Source: Candidatus Latescibacterota bacterium (lineage in GTDB: Bacteria > Latescibacterota > UBA2968 > UBA8231). From it: a stretch of 64,000 bases of DNA. The notes below the pieces were generated by a model. It ran no database searches. It saw nothing but the letters and a program-made list of their open reading frames with translations, and was not told the DNA's origin. The translations under genes and the position numbers were made by a program. Position 1 is the stretch's first letter. Each line of letters begins with the position of its first letter. Below are positions 41,292-50,744 of the stretch, piece by piece. The DNA lies in the NCBI GenBank assembly GCA_965223905.1, contig CBDCXV010000009.1:256001-320000 (forward strand). The letters are read 5' to 3'.

Positions 41292-41873
41292 GTGATGGAG
41301 CGGCCTTCGTTCGCCGGACTGCCGCCGGCCGAGGTCCCGGAAGGGTACTCGCTGCGGCACTTCCGCCCCGGCGACGAGGAGGGCTGGAACCGCCTGATGG
41401 ACGCCGCCTTCGAGCGTCCCCCCGGCACCACCGATTTCGCCGAGTCGATGGCCGCCGATCCGATATACCTGCCGGAGCGCGTCAAGCTGGTGGTAAGCGC
41501 CGAGGGGCAGATCGCCGCCACCGCCTCGGCCTGGACTCACCCGCCTGTGGGCTCCCACCGGGGGATGCTGCACTGGGTCGGCACCGATCCCGGTCACGCG
41601 GGAAAGAAGCTGGGGACCGCGGTCTCCATCGCCGCCATGGAGCACTCGCGGGACGAGGGCCGCGCGGCCATGGCCCTGCTGACCGACGATTTCCGCACCG
41701 CGGCCCAGAAGACCTACCTGCGGCTGGGGTTCGAGCCCCGCTGCACCCACGAGAGCCACCCCGAACGCTGGAGGCGGATTCTGGCGGGGCTCTCGTGGCC
41801 GGAGAACTTCGAACAAATACTTCAAGGGCCGCTGGTGCGGCTCGACGACGAAGGGCAGGCAGGAGAAGGATGA
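41292..41873 (+). CDS. GNAT acetyltransferase
   Basis: LHWVGTDPGHAGKKLG, AAQKTYLRLGF. Confidence 0.85.
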   Translation: MMERPSFAGLPPAEVPEGYSLRHFRPGDEEGWNRLMDAAFERPPGTTDFAESMAADPIYLPERVKLVVSAEGQIAATASAWTHPPVGSHRGMLHWVGTDPGHAGKKLGTAVSIAAMEHSRDEGRAAMALLTDDFRTAAQKTYLRLGFEPRCTHESHPERWRRILAGLSWPENFEQILQGPLVRLDDEGQAGEG

Positions 41874-41945
41874 GACGCGGATCCCGGATGGAGCCGGCGC
41901 GAAGGCGTTCGACATGACCCCACAACAAACCGCCCCTGGCAAAGG

Positions 41946-42070
41946 AGTGTCCTGTCCCGTCAATATCCCGGCCTTCGCTCGCCGTACGCCGTCACGAGGC
42001 GCTCAGTCGCCTGGCGAGCCGGGTGACTCGGCGGCAGGATTTTTTCAATCTGTTTCCCGGACAGGACGCT
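41946..42070. repeat. MITE-like element with terminal inverted repeats
   Basis: AGTGTCCTGTCCCG ... CCGGACAGGACGCT; same left end as the 41085 element. Confidence 0.55.
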
Positions 42071-42087
42071 GAAAGGAGAAAAGCGAA

Positions 42088-43188
42088 TTGACTGCTGAAC
42101 TGGAGGACCGCGGGTCGCAGATCCGCGTGACGTCGCTGACGGCCTACCCGATGGACCCGAAGGCCTACGTCAAGATCGAGACCAGCATGGGAGTGACCGG
42201 CTGGGGGGAGATCAACAACATGGAGTCCGAGGTGGCCTGCGCCCTGGCGCGGTCGCTGTCGGAGATCGTCATCGGGGAGAACCCGACGCGGATGGAGCAC
42301 CTGTGGCAGCGGATGTTCCGGGCGCACCGCAACATCCGCGGGGGAGGCCTGATGGTGCACACCATCTCGGGGATCGACATGGCGCTGTGGGACATCGCCG
42401 GCAAGCTGTACGGGGTGCCGGTCTACCGCCTCCTCGGGGGGCCGGTGCGCGACAAAATCTGGAAATACCCCAGCTCCAAGGCGATCAAGGTGGGGCCGCC
42501 CGGGTCCCAGTACCACGCCGGGACGCCGGCGGAGGTCGACGTCCTGGTGCGGACGGTGCGGGAGGCGCGGGCGAAGGTCGGCCACGACGGCGCCGTGATG
42601 TTCGACGCCCACAGCATGCTGCCGCCCCCGATCGTCAGGCAGTTCGCGGCGCAGCTCGAGCCGGACGACCTGCTGTTCCTCGAGGAGGCCTGGGTACCGG
42701 GCAACATCGAGGTGATGGCGAGGCTGCGGCAGTCGGTGCCGGTGCCGCTGGCGACCGGGGAGCGCGACCGCACCATCTGGGAGGTGCGCGAGATCCTCGA
42801 GGCGCAGGTGGTCGACATCCTGCAGCCGGACTGCGGCCACGGCGGCGGCATCAGCCAGATGCGCAAGGTAGCCGCCCTCGCCGAGGCCCACCACGTGCCG
42901 ATCGCCCCGCACTGCACCATGTCCCACCTCGGTTTGACTGCGAGCCTGCAGGTGTCGGCCGCGGTGCCGCTGTTCCTGATCCACGAGGGCTACGAGGGGG
43001 TGCTGCCGGACGGCGTCGCCCGCAAGAACTGGGAGATGGACGAGGCGGGGTACGTGTCGCTTCCCGAGGGCCCCGGCCTCGGGGTGGAGGTCGACGAGGC
43101 GCAGGTCGTCGACCTGGCCTCGGACCGGTCGCGGAAGTTCCGCTGGCCCGACAACCGTCTGCGCGACGGCTCGGTCGCCGACTATTAA
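42088..43188 (+). CDS. Galactonate dehydratase-like enolase-superfamily protein
   Basis: ISGIDMALWDIAGK, MFDAH, FLEE, TGER, LQPD, APH. Confidence 0.9.
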   Translation: MTAELEDRGSQIRVTSLTAYPMDPKAYVKIETSMGVTGWGEINNMESEVACALARSLSEIVIGENPTRMEHLWQRMFRAHRNIRGGGLMVHTISGIDMALWDIAGKLYGVPVYRLLGGPVRDKIWKYPSSKAIKVGPPGSQYHAGTPAEVDVLVRTVREARAKVGHDGAVMFDAHSMLPPPIVRQFAAQLEPDDLLFLEEAWVPGNIEVMARLRQSVPVPLATGERDRTIWEVREILEAQVVDILQPDCGHGGGISQMRKVAALAEAHHVPIAPHCTMSHLGLTASLQVSAAVPLFLIHEGYEGVLPDGVARKNWEMDEAGYVSLPEGPGLGVEVDEAQVVDLASDRSRKFRWPDNRLRDGSVADY

Positions 43189-43239
43189 GAAGCTTCATCC
43201 TGCCCCGGCTTCATCCCTGACACGTTCTGGAGGTGCCGT

Positions 43240-44349
43240 ATGAACCGCTTAGGCTTGAGACAGCTTCTGGTCCTGATATCGCTTGCAATCCTTTCAGGTT
43301 GTGTTGCAAAGGAGTTTCCGGTAAAGGGTGAACTATTAATTGAGACGACGGAATTTTTCGTGGGAGTCTCTGGTGTTGCAGTAGACCCTAGGGATCCAAG
43401 TATCATTTACGTCGGCGATCGCAGAGGCCGAATTGCCAAAAGTATAGACCGCGGAAAAACCTGGGACCCATTGATAGATGGAACTGTCAGGACACTATCC
43501 TATCCCACCCGCGGTAGCATTGAAACTCTCTGCGATTACCCGGATTGTGAGGTCAGAGACATTGTGGTTGACCCTCGATCTCCAAGTAGAATCTTTCTGA
43601 CAAAGATAGGCAAAGCTTTTTTCAGTGAAGATGGGGGGTTGCAATGGTCAGAAGTCGGTCCAGCCAGTTCTGCGTTGTTCGTCAAAGAAATCCTGCGGTG
43701 GGGGGATAGGCTTCTTCTTTCCGCTACCGAAAGTTACCTGGAGAGACACCGTAGAGCACAGGGTTCACGAACCGATGACATAGGCGGCGGTTTGTACTTA
43801 AGCGAGGATAGTGGTGCTAGTTGGGTGAGGGCTCTGAATAAAGGGACGTGGGATATCTGTGTATCTACTTTGAATAACAATGTCGGATATGCCGCTGGCG
43901 GATATATTTTCAGAAGCGATGATGGTGGTCGGACTTGGATCGAAAAAGGACATCCACCTCTGGGAGAGAGCTCGATTTCGGCAGTTGAAATGAACCCAAA
44001 AGAGCCTGATATAGTGTACGCAGCCACTTGTGGTTCGCCTTCCAGCAAGTCTCAAGGCGTTTTTCGAAGCACAGATGGTGGGGATAGCTGGGTCGCTCAG
44101 GGTTTGCAAGGCCTGTGTATAAAGACATTAGCTGTCGATCCCCTTCATCCGAATATTTTGTATGCTGGCGGCGGGGAAAAAGGTCATCCGAGTGGAACAT
44201 ATCGAAGTGTTGATTCGGGTAAGAGCTGGACATCAATTCAAAAAAGGGGAGCGTCGATGGCATTATCCCTTGAGCCAGGCAATCCGGGAGTGGTCTATGA
44301 AGGGACCAATTTAGGATTATCCCGCTTTGTTTTCGCATTTCCAGATTGA
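43240..44349 (+). CDS. BNR/Asp-box beta-propeller lipoprotein
   Basis: Lipobox ILSGC; repeated S.D.G..W boxes; visibly AT-richer than neighbours. Confidence 0.8.
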   Translation: MNRLGLRQLLVLISLAILSGCVAKEFPVKGELLIETTEFFVGVSGVAVDPRDPSIIYVGDRRGRIAKSIDRGKTWDPLIDGTVRTLSYPTRGSIETLCDYPDCEVRDIVVDPRSPSRIFLTKIGKAFFSEDGGLQWSEVGPASSALFVKEILRWGDRLLLSATESYLERHRRAQGSRTDDIGGGLYLSEDSGASWVRALNKGTWDICVSTLNNNVGYAAGGYIFRSDDGGRTWIEKGHPPLGESSISAVEMNPKEPDIVYAATCGSPSSKSQGVFRSTDGGDSWVAQGLQGLCIKTLAVDPLHPNILYAGGGEKGHPSGTYRSVDSGKSWTSIQKRGASMALSLEPGNPGVVYEGTNLGLSRFVFAFPD

Positions 44350-44452
44350 GCAGGTAAAATGGTGAATATCATCACAGAGCAGAAATGATACATTCATTCA
44401 GTCATTCCCGTTCCGTCACGGATCGGTCGCGGACTGATGAGGAGCCTCCAAC

Positions 44453-45805
44453 GTGCCGACTCCAGAACCCGACAGCCTGTTCCACCGCGACCTCAACCAG
44501 GAGTACCCGGTCATGGTCCGCGGCGAGGGGATCTACCTCGTCGACGACGGGGGCCGGCGCTACATGGACGGCACCTCCGGGGCCGGAAACGTCATCCTCG
44601 GCCACGGCAACAAGCGCATCGCCGCGGCCATGGCGGAGCAGGCCGGGACCCTGGCCTACTGCTTCTCCGCCTTCCACACCAACCGGCCGGCGCGCGAGCT
44701 GTCGCAGCGGATCGCCGCCCTGGCCCCGGGCGACCTCGACTGCGTCTACTTCGTCAGCGGCGGCTCGGAGGGGATCGAGACGGCGCTCAAGATCGCGCGC
44801 CAGTACCACCTGCAGCAGGGGAACAAGCAGAAGTACCGGGTGATCGGCCGCTGGCGCGGCTACCACGGCGCCACTCTCGGGGCGCTGTCGGCCACCGGCA
44901 TGCCGGCGCTGCGCGAGCCGTTCTCCCCGTGGCTGCTGCCGTTCCACCACATCGCCCCCTGCTATCCGTACCGCTGTCCTTTCGCCGGCTGCGAAGGCCG
45001 CTGCAACTACAGCTGCGCCGGCGAGCTCGAGAAGGCGATCCTCCAGCTCGGCCCCGACAACGTCGCCGCCTTCGTCGGCGAGCCGGTGGTCCAGGGGGGC
45101 ATCGCCGCCGGCGTCCCCCCGGAGGAGTACTACGGCATCGTGCGCGAGACCTGCGACAAGTACGGCGTGCTCTTCATCGCCGACGAGATCATCACCGGCT
45201 TCGGCCGCACCGGAAAGCCGTTCGCCATCGAGCACTGGGACGTGGTGCCGGACATGATCGTCTTCGGCAAAGCGGCGAGCGCCGGGTACTGCCCCCTGAG
45301 CGGGGTGATCATGCGCGCGAAGATCCGCGACAGTTTCCGCGGCAGCGGCGACAGGTTCGCCCACGTCTTCACCTACGTCGACAACCCGGTCGCCATGCGC
45401 GTCGGCCTGACGGTGCAGGACATTCTCGACGAGGAGCAGGTGATCGCCGGAGCCGCGGCGACCGGCGCCTACCTGCACGAGCAGGCGCGGCAGCGGCTCG
45501 AGCGCCACCCCATCGTCGGCGAAATCCGCGGCAAGGGGATGCTGCTGGGGATAGAGCTGGTCAGGGACCGCGGCACCCGCGAGCCGTTCCCGGCCTCGGA
45601 GAACGTCCACAAGCGGATGGTCAGGCTGATGTTCGAACGCGGACTGTCGGCGTCGGGAACGGGGGGCGCCGCCGACTGGAAGAACGGCGACGACGTGCGC
45701 TTCTATCCGCCGCTGATCACCACCCCTGCCCAGGTCGACGAGGCGCTCGGGATCGTCGACGAGGCGCTCGGCCAGATCGAGGGAGAGCTCGGTGTCGCAG
45801 GCTGA
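44453..45805 (+). CDS. Class III aminotransferase
   Basis: SGGSE, YHGAT, FIADEIITGFGRTG, FGK (PLP lysine). Confidence 0.93.
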   Translation: MPTPEPDSLFHRDLNQEYPVMVRGEGIYLVDDGGRRYMDGTSGAGNVILGHGNKRIAAAMAEQAGTLAYCFSAFHTNRPARELSQRIAALAPGDLDCVYFVSGGSEGIETALKIARQYHLQQGNKQKYRVIGRWRGYHGATLGALSATGMPALREPFSPWLLPFHHIAPCYPYRCPFAGCEGRCNYSCAGELEKAILQLGPDNVAAFVGEPVVQGGIAAGVPPEEYYGIVRETCDKYGVLFIADEIITGFGRTGKPFAIEHWDVVPDMIVFGKAASAGYCPLSGVIMRAKIRDSFRGSGDRFAHVFTYVDNPVAMRVGLTVQDILDEEQVIAGAAATGAYLHEQARQRLERHPIVGEIRGKGMLLGIELVRDRGTREPFPASENVHKRMVRLMFERGLSASGTGGAADWKNGDDVRFYPPLITTPAQVDEALGIVDEALGQIEGELGVAG

Positions 45806-46106
45806 AACCCCGGGGGCGCGGCGGCTGGCCAGGATGCGGGAGTCCGGGTACGAGGCCGGGCGGTCGTACGGCGATTTCCTCGCGGAGCTGTTCGGCTACC
45901 TCGAGATCGACCCAAAGAAGTTCCGGCGCGCCGCCAGGAAGGTGGCCCCGCTGCTGACCGCTGAGGAGCTGCGCGGCCTCGTGCAGATCGGGCGGGACGT
46001 GCCGGCGACGCCGGGGGATTTCGAGGACCGCTTCGAGGAGGTATGCGCCGGCAGGTCGGCCGAGGAGCGCCGCGAGCTGATGCGGTTGTGGCTCCGCTAC
46101 CTGTAG
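45792..46106 (+). CDS. Hypothetical protein
   Basis: Overlaps the aminotransferase stop; host-like codon usage. Confidence 0.5.
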   Translation: MSQAETPGARRLARMRESGYEAGRSYGDFLAELFGYLEIDPKKFRRAARKVAPLLTAEELRGLVQIGRDVPATPGDFEDRFEEVCAGRSAEERRELMRLWLRYL

Positions 46107-46137
46107 CCGGCGGCAGGCGAGGGAGGGATAGAGCTTG

Positions 46138-46443
46138 CTACCCCGTTTCCAGATGGGGCCGCACCTCCCGATCCAGACGGTCGGACAGTTCGTCCTCTGC
46201 TGTATCGAGCTCATAGTCCATCTGAATCCCCATCCAGAACTGGGACGACATGTTGAAGTAGCGTGCCAGTCGCAGGGCGGTATCGGCAGAAATGCCTCGT
46301 TTCCCCAGGACGATCTCGTTGATACGCCGGGGAGGCACGCCGATGGCGAGCGCCAGGCGGTTTTGGCTGAGGTTCATCGGCTCGAGGAACTCTTCCAGCA
46401 AAACTTCCCCGGGATGAACGGGGGCCAACTTCCGAGCAGGCAT
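46138..46443 (-). CDS. higA: HigA-family antitoxin
   Basis: PVHPGEVLLEEFL, RINEIVLGKRGISADTALRLARYF, FWMGIQ. Confidence 0.92.
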   Translation of the reverse strand: MPARKLAPVHPGEVLLEEFLEPMNLSQNRLALAIGVPPRRINEIVLGKRGISADTALRLARYFNMSSQFWMGIQMDYELDTAEDELSDRLDREVRPHLETG

Positions 46444-46453
46444 AATCTCTCCC

Positions 46454-46519
46454 TCAGTGGTAGTCCACGATCTCAAGGTACGCATGGCGCCTGCATGAGG
46501 TACGCATGGCGCCTGCATG
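46454..46519 (-). pseudogene. 3' remnant of higB toxin with a 22-bp tandem duplication
   Basis: Minus strand ...HAYLEIVDYH* directly upstream of higA; aggtacgcatggcgcctgcatg x2 at 46476-46519. Confidence 0.75.
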
Positions 46520-46547
46520 CCGGCAGAAAACGCTGAGGCTCCCGCCC

Positions 46548-47192
46548 TCAGGACGTGATCAGGAAGGTCGCGAACATCGCGACCCAGACCCCTTCGAGAA
46601 AATGCCAGTAGGTGGCGCACCCGCGCACGGTGGGCAGGTGCTCCAGCCCGAGGCGGCCGAATGTCGCGCGCCAGGCGAGAGCGCCAAGCGGCACCAGGCC
46701 TCCGAGCACATGGGCGGCGTGGATGGCGATCAGGCAGAAGGTCACCCCCTCCATGCCGGGATGCGGGGTGCGCAGGGAGAGCTCGTGCTCGTGGAAGAGG
46801 CGCAGGATCGCGTGCGACTGCACCGCGACGAAGGCGATGCTGGCGAGGAAGGTGACCTTCACCCAGCGCCTCACCTCTTCGACGCGGCCCCGGCGCGCGT
46901 TCCAGGCCGCCCCCTCGACAGCCATTCCCGCGAGCAGCAGCAGCGCCGTCGACAGCCACATCGCCAGCGGCGGCGGCTTGCTGACCGGCGGGTACTCCGG
47001 GGGCCGCGACAGGTCGGTCAGGATGAACACCAGCAGGGAGCCGGCGAAGAAGAGGCCGAGCGATACCAGGAACAGGCGCAGCCCCATGCGGCGGAGGGAG
47101 CCGGCGTCCGGCAGCGGCGCCCTGGGCGCGGGTTCTCCGGGCCGCTGTCCCTCTTCGGGAAGCTCGGGGGATTGTTCAGGGGGACGTGCCAA
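46548..47192 (-). CDS. Cytochrome c oxidase subunit III-like protein
   Basis: STALLL, LIAIHAAHVLGG, YWHFLEGVW. Confidence 0.85.
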   Translation of the reverse strand: MARPPEQSPELPEEGQRPGEPAPRAPLPDAGSLRRMGLRLFLVSLGLFFAGSLLVFILTDLSRPPEYPPVSKPPPLAMWLSTALLLLAGMAVEGAAWNARRGRVEEVRRWVKVTFLASIAFVAVQSHAILRLFHEHELSLRTPHPGMEGVTFCLIAIHAAHVLGGLVPLGALAWRATFGRLGLEHLPTVRGCATYWHFLEGVWVAMFATFLITS

Positions 47193-47269
47193 GTGGGCTT
47201 TCGCGGGTGCGGATTGGTAGCGCCGATCCGGTATATTAAGGGAAAACCGCGGCAGGCAGACCGGTTTTG

Positions 47270-47298
47270 TTGAGAACTTCGAGGAGTTGGGGATATGA
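47270..47298 (+). repeat. Degenerate copy of the second hsdM 3' end
   Basis: agaacttcgaggagttggggatatga vs agaacttcgaggagctgggggtatga at 55873-55898. Confidence 0.8.
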
Positions 47299-47302
47299 GC
47301 CG

Positions 47303-48019
47303 ATGAACTCGGATCGGAAGATCATCATCATCGCCGGACCCAACGGCGCCGGAAAAACGACCTTCGCACGGGAGCATTTACCTCGCGAGGCGGAATGTCC
47401 CAACTTCGTCAACGCGGATTTGATCGCAACGGGCCTGTCCCCTTTTCAGCCGGAGGCCGCCTTTTTTCGGGCCGCCCGGTTGATGTTGGAGGAAATCGGC
47501 AACCATGTGCAGCAGCGTAGAAGTTTTGCCTTTGAAACCACCTTGTCCGGTCTTGGCTATGCCAGAATGATCCCGCGCTGGCGAAGCGACGGTTATACGG
47601 TGAAGCTGATATTTCTGGCGCTGGCAACGCCGGAAGAAGCGATCAAGCGGGTTGAATTGCGCGTCAGGCAAGGCGGCCACCATGTCCCGCCGGATGTCAT
47701 TCGCCGGCGCTTTGCGACCGGTTTCAAGAACTTTAAGAATACGTACCGCCATATCGTCAATTATTGGCAGTGGTTCGACAACAGCGGCCTTATTCCCACA
47801 TTGATTGATAAGGGAGAAAACCCGGTGACTGAACGAACCCGAGAAGTCCCTGCCTCGCAACATGGCGACAAGGAAACGCAGGATGTCCTTAACGCGCTAC
47901 ATCGTGCCGCCAGACGCGCACACAGGATCGCACACCAGCACCAGACCGGGGTGGTCGTTATGCGAGATGGCAAGGCCGTAGAAATTGAGCCGGATCCCGA
48001 GATGTACGAGGAGGAGTAG
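47303..48019 (+). CDS. Zeta-toxin-like P-loop ATPase, apparently fused to its small downstream partner
   Basis: IAGPNGAGKTT, FVNADLIA, FAFETTLSG, RVRQGGH, FDNS; tail ALHRAARRA..IA....VVVMRDG resembles the usual separate partner gene. Confidence 0.8.
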   Translation: MNSDRKIIIIAGPNGAGKTTFAREHLPREAECPNFVNADLIATGLSPFQPEAAFFRAARLMLEEIGNHVQQRRSFAFETTLSGLGYARMIPRWRSDGYTVKLIFLALATPEEAIKRVELRVRQGGHHVPPDVIRRRFATGFKNFKNTYRHIVNYWQWFDNSGLIPTLIDKGENPVTERTREVPASQHGDKETQDVLNALHRAARRAHRIAHQHQTGVVVMRDGKAVEIEPDPEMYEEE

Positions 48020-48141
48020 CATAAAGACGAAGAAGGCCAGAAAAAGCTTCGGCCTGAAATTGTCGTTCTTGAAATACTGGTATTGACTAAGGTAACTCAG
48101 GCAGGTATGAGTCTTCTGGTATGGTCCGGATTTAAGCGTAT

Positions 48142-49620
48142 ATGACCGAAGAGCAACTCCATAACCTCCTTGCCCTCGGCGAAGGTTCCACCACCGAGTT
48201 CAAACGCGGACTCCCCTCCAACTTGGGTAGGGAGATCTGCGCTTTCGCCAATGCTTCCGGGGGAGCGATCCTGCTCGGCGTTTCGGATGCGGGGGAGATC
48301 GTCGGTGTAGCCGACCACAACAGTCTGAAGTCGAGGGTGCAGAGCACCGCACGGTCCGCGGACCCGCCGATCTCGGTAGAAGTCGAGAGCTTCGGTGAGG
48401 TTCTGTCCGTGGTCGTGCCGCCGCAGGAACGCAAGCCCTACTCGTTCGGTGGGCGGTTCTTCATACGCGATGGGGCGAACAGTCAGCAGATGTCGAATGC
48501 GGAAGTGGAAAACCTGTTCTACGCGGTCGGGCGTCTTCATTTCGACAAGAAGCCATGCGAGGCTTTCTCCTTGGAAAACGACCTTGATGACCGGACCTGG
48601 GCGCGGTTCAGCGGACGCGCCAAGATCCCGGAGGCGATGGATAGGGTAGTGGCCCTCCGAAACCTCGGCCTGATCGACGCGCAAGACCGCATGACCCACG
48701 CCGGGGCATGGCTTCTGGCACGAGACATTCGGACGTTCACGACCAGTGCCCACGTGTCCTGTGCCCTCTTCATGGGTACCGAGAAGGTCAGGATTCTCGA
48801 CCGGCGGGACTTCCACAGCGACATCCCGGCGATGATTGACGAGGTGGTGGCTTGGATTCTCACCAAAATCAATGTCGAATTCATCATCAGGCATGTGAGG
48901 CGGGAGGAACGGCCGGAATTGCCCGAAGAAGCCCTTCGCGAGGCGGTGGTGAATGCAGTTGCACACCGCGATTACCGCTCGACCGCGAACGTCCAGATTT
49001 ACGTCTTCAAGGACCGGATCGAAATCGTCAGTCCGGGCGGGTTGCCCGAAGGGATGGGGGAAGCGGATCTGGGCACCAAGAGCGTGCCCCGCAATCCGCT
49101 GCTGTTCGGCATGTTGTACCGAATGGACGTGGTGGAGCAGATCGGTTCCGGCATTCGGCGCATTCGGGAGCTGTGTCGAGAGCACGGGGTGGCGGAGCCG
49201 GTGATCGAGGTGTCCGAGCACTGGGTTACCACTACTTTCAAGCGGCCACCGGCAGAAGTCGGGACCATGTCGGGAACAACTGGGGACCAGATCGCCAACT
49301 CCATATCTGACAGTACGTTACACTATCCTGGAACCCCCCCGGGGGATTCGACAGCCCAGGTCGGAACCAAGCAAGCACTAAGTAGGAACCAAGTTGGAAT
49401 TCTCCGTAACTCCTTGAACGAGCAGGCAATTACGGAGTTGATGGTACTGGCGGGAAAAAAAGATCGCACCAAGTTCAGGAACCAAGTGCTCAGGCCCTTG
49501 CTGGAGGAGGGGTTGCTGGAGATGACCGTCCCCGACAAGCCCCGAAGCAGCAAGCAGAAGTACCGGGTGACGGCACGGGGCAGGGACCTGTTGGCGGAGT
49601 TGGACAGAAAGCCGGATTGA
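48142..49620 (+). CDS. Schlafen/AlbA_2 + HATPase_c_4 + wHTH protein
   Basis: GEGSTTEFKR, ICAFANASGG, ALREAVVNAVAHRDY, EQIGSG, PDKPRSSKQKYR. Confidence 0.88.
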   Translation: MTEEQLHNLLALGEGSTTEFKRGLPSNLGREICAFANASGGAILLGVSDAGEIVGVADHNSLKSRVQSTARSADPPISVEVESFGEVLSVVVPPQERKPYSFGGRFFIRDGANSQQMSNAEVENLFYAVGRLHFDKKPCEAFSLENDLDDRTWARFSGRAKIPEAMDRVVALRNLGLIDAQDRMTHAGAWLLARDIRTFTTSAHVSCALFMGTEKVRILDRRDFHSDIPAMIDEVVAWILTKINVEFIIRHVRREERPELPEEALREAVVNAVAHRDYRSTANVQIYVFKDRIEIVSPGGLPEGMGEADLGTKSVPRNPLLFGMLYRMDVVEQIGSGIRRIRELCREHGVAEPVIEVSEHWVTTTFKRPPAEVGTMSGTTGDQIANSISDSTLHYPGTPPGDSTAQVGTKQALSRNQVGILRNSLNEQAITELMVLAGKKDRTKFRNQVLRPLLEEGLLEMTVPDKPRSSKQKYRVTARGRDLLAELDRKPD

Positions 49621-49631
49621 CCCATTCCTGC

Positions 49632-49830
49632 ACGGTGCTGGCGAAGAGGATCAGGATGAAGTTCCAGGAGCTGGGGCTATGAGGCGATGCACCCGGACCG
49701 GAATACCATCACCATCGCCGGACGACCTTTGCATGGGAGCATTACCCCGCGGAGCCGAATGTCACACTTTGGTTGTGGTTATGGAAAAAGGCAAGGTCGT
49801 AGAAATTGAGCCGGATCCCGAGATGTACTG
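49632..49830 (+). pseudogene. Second hsdM-3'-end remnant followed by an internally deleted copy of the zeta-like gene
   Basis: TVLAKRIRMKFQELGL* (49632-49682); then matches to the zeta start (~47303-47410) and end (gtagaaattgagccggatcccgagatgtac, also at ~47978-48007). Confidence 0.8.
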
Positions 49831-49848
49831 CGAGCATCGGGAGAAATA

Positions 49849-50735
49849 GTGCAACAGGGCGTTGAACAATTGAACCAGGCGCCTCCATACCTGTTCACCC
49901 CGGAGATACTGTCCTTGGTGGAGCGGATCGGCGAGGGAATCGGGCGGGCCGAGGCTTCCGGCGTCGCGCAGGATCTGCGGCTGCGGCGTATCAACCGCAT
50001 CCGAACGATACAGGGATCGCTGGCGATCGAGGGGAACACGCTGACCGAGGGGCAGATATCAACGCTGCTGGACGGCAAACCGGTTGCCGGACCCCTGCGG
50101 GAAATCCAGGAAGCTCAACGCCATCAAGGCGTACGACGTGTACGAGGCGTGGGATCCGGCAAAAGAGGCCGACCTCCTTGAGGCGCACCGCATCCTGATG
50201 GCCGGCCTGCTGGACAGGCCGGGGAGTTACCGCCGCGGCGGGGTGATGGTAGGAGGACCTGGAGGGGTCCATCACGTCGGCCCGCTGCCGGCACGGGTGC
50301 CGGAGCAGATGGCGAAGCTGCTGGGGTGGGTGGGGAGTGCGGGAGAGCATCCGCTGATTTCCAGTTCGGTCTTTCATTACGAGTTCGAGTTCATCCATCC
50401 CTTCGAGGACGGCAACGGCCGCATGGGGCGGCTGTGGCAGACGCTGATCCTGACGCACTGGCGGGACCTGTTCGCTCATCTTCCGGTGGAGAGCCTCGTG
50501 CACGCCCGCCAGAGCGACTACTATGCGGCTATCCGTGAGAGCTCGGCGGCCGGGGGAGAGCACGCCCTTCATCGTATTCATGCTGGAAATTATCCGGCTT
50601 GCCGTTACGGAGCAGACCTGAGCGGGGATGTGAACTTTGCCGGGAGCTCTGCTGGAGATTACCGTCCCGGACAGCAAGCTGAAGTACCGAGTGATGGCAA
50701 GGGACAGGGACCTGTTGGTGGAGTTGGACAGATGA
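49849..50735 (+). pseudogene. fic: Fic-domain protein, frameshifted and C-terminally deleted
   Basis: IQGSLAIEGN, HPFEDGNGRMGR; frameshifts near 50116 and 50552; truncated wHTH tail resembling 49511-49610. Confidence 0.85.
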
Positions 50736-50744
50736 GTACCCGTT

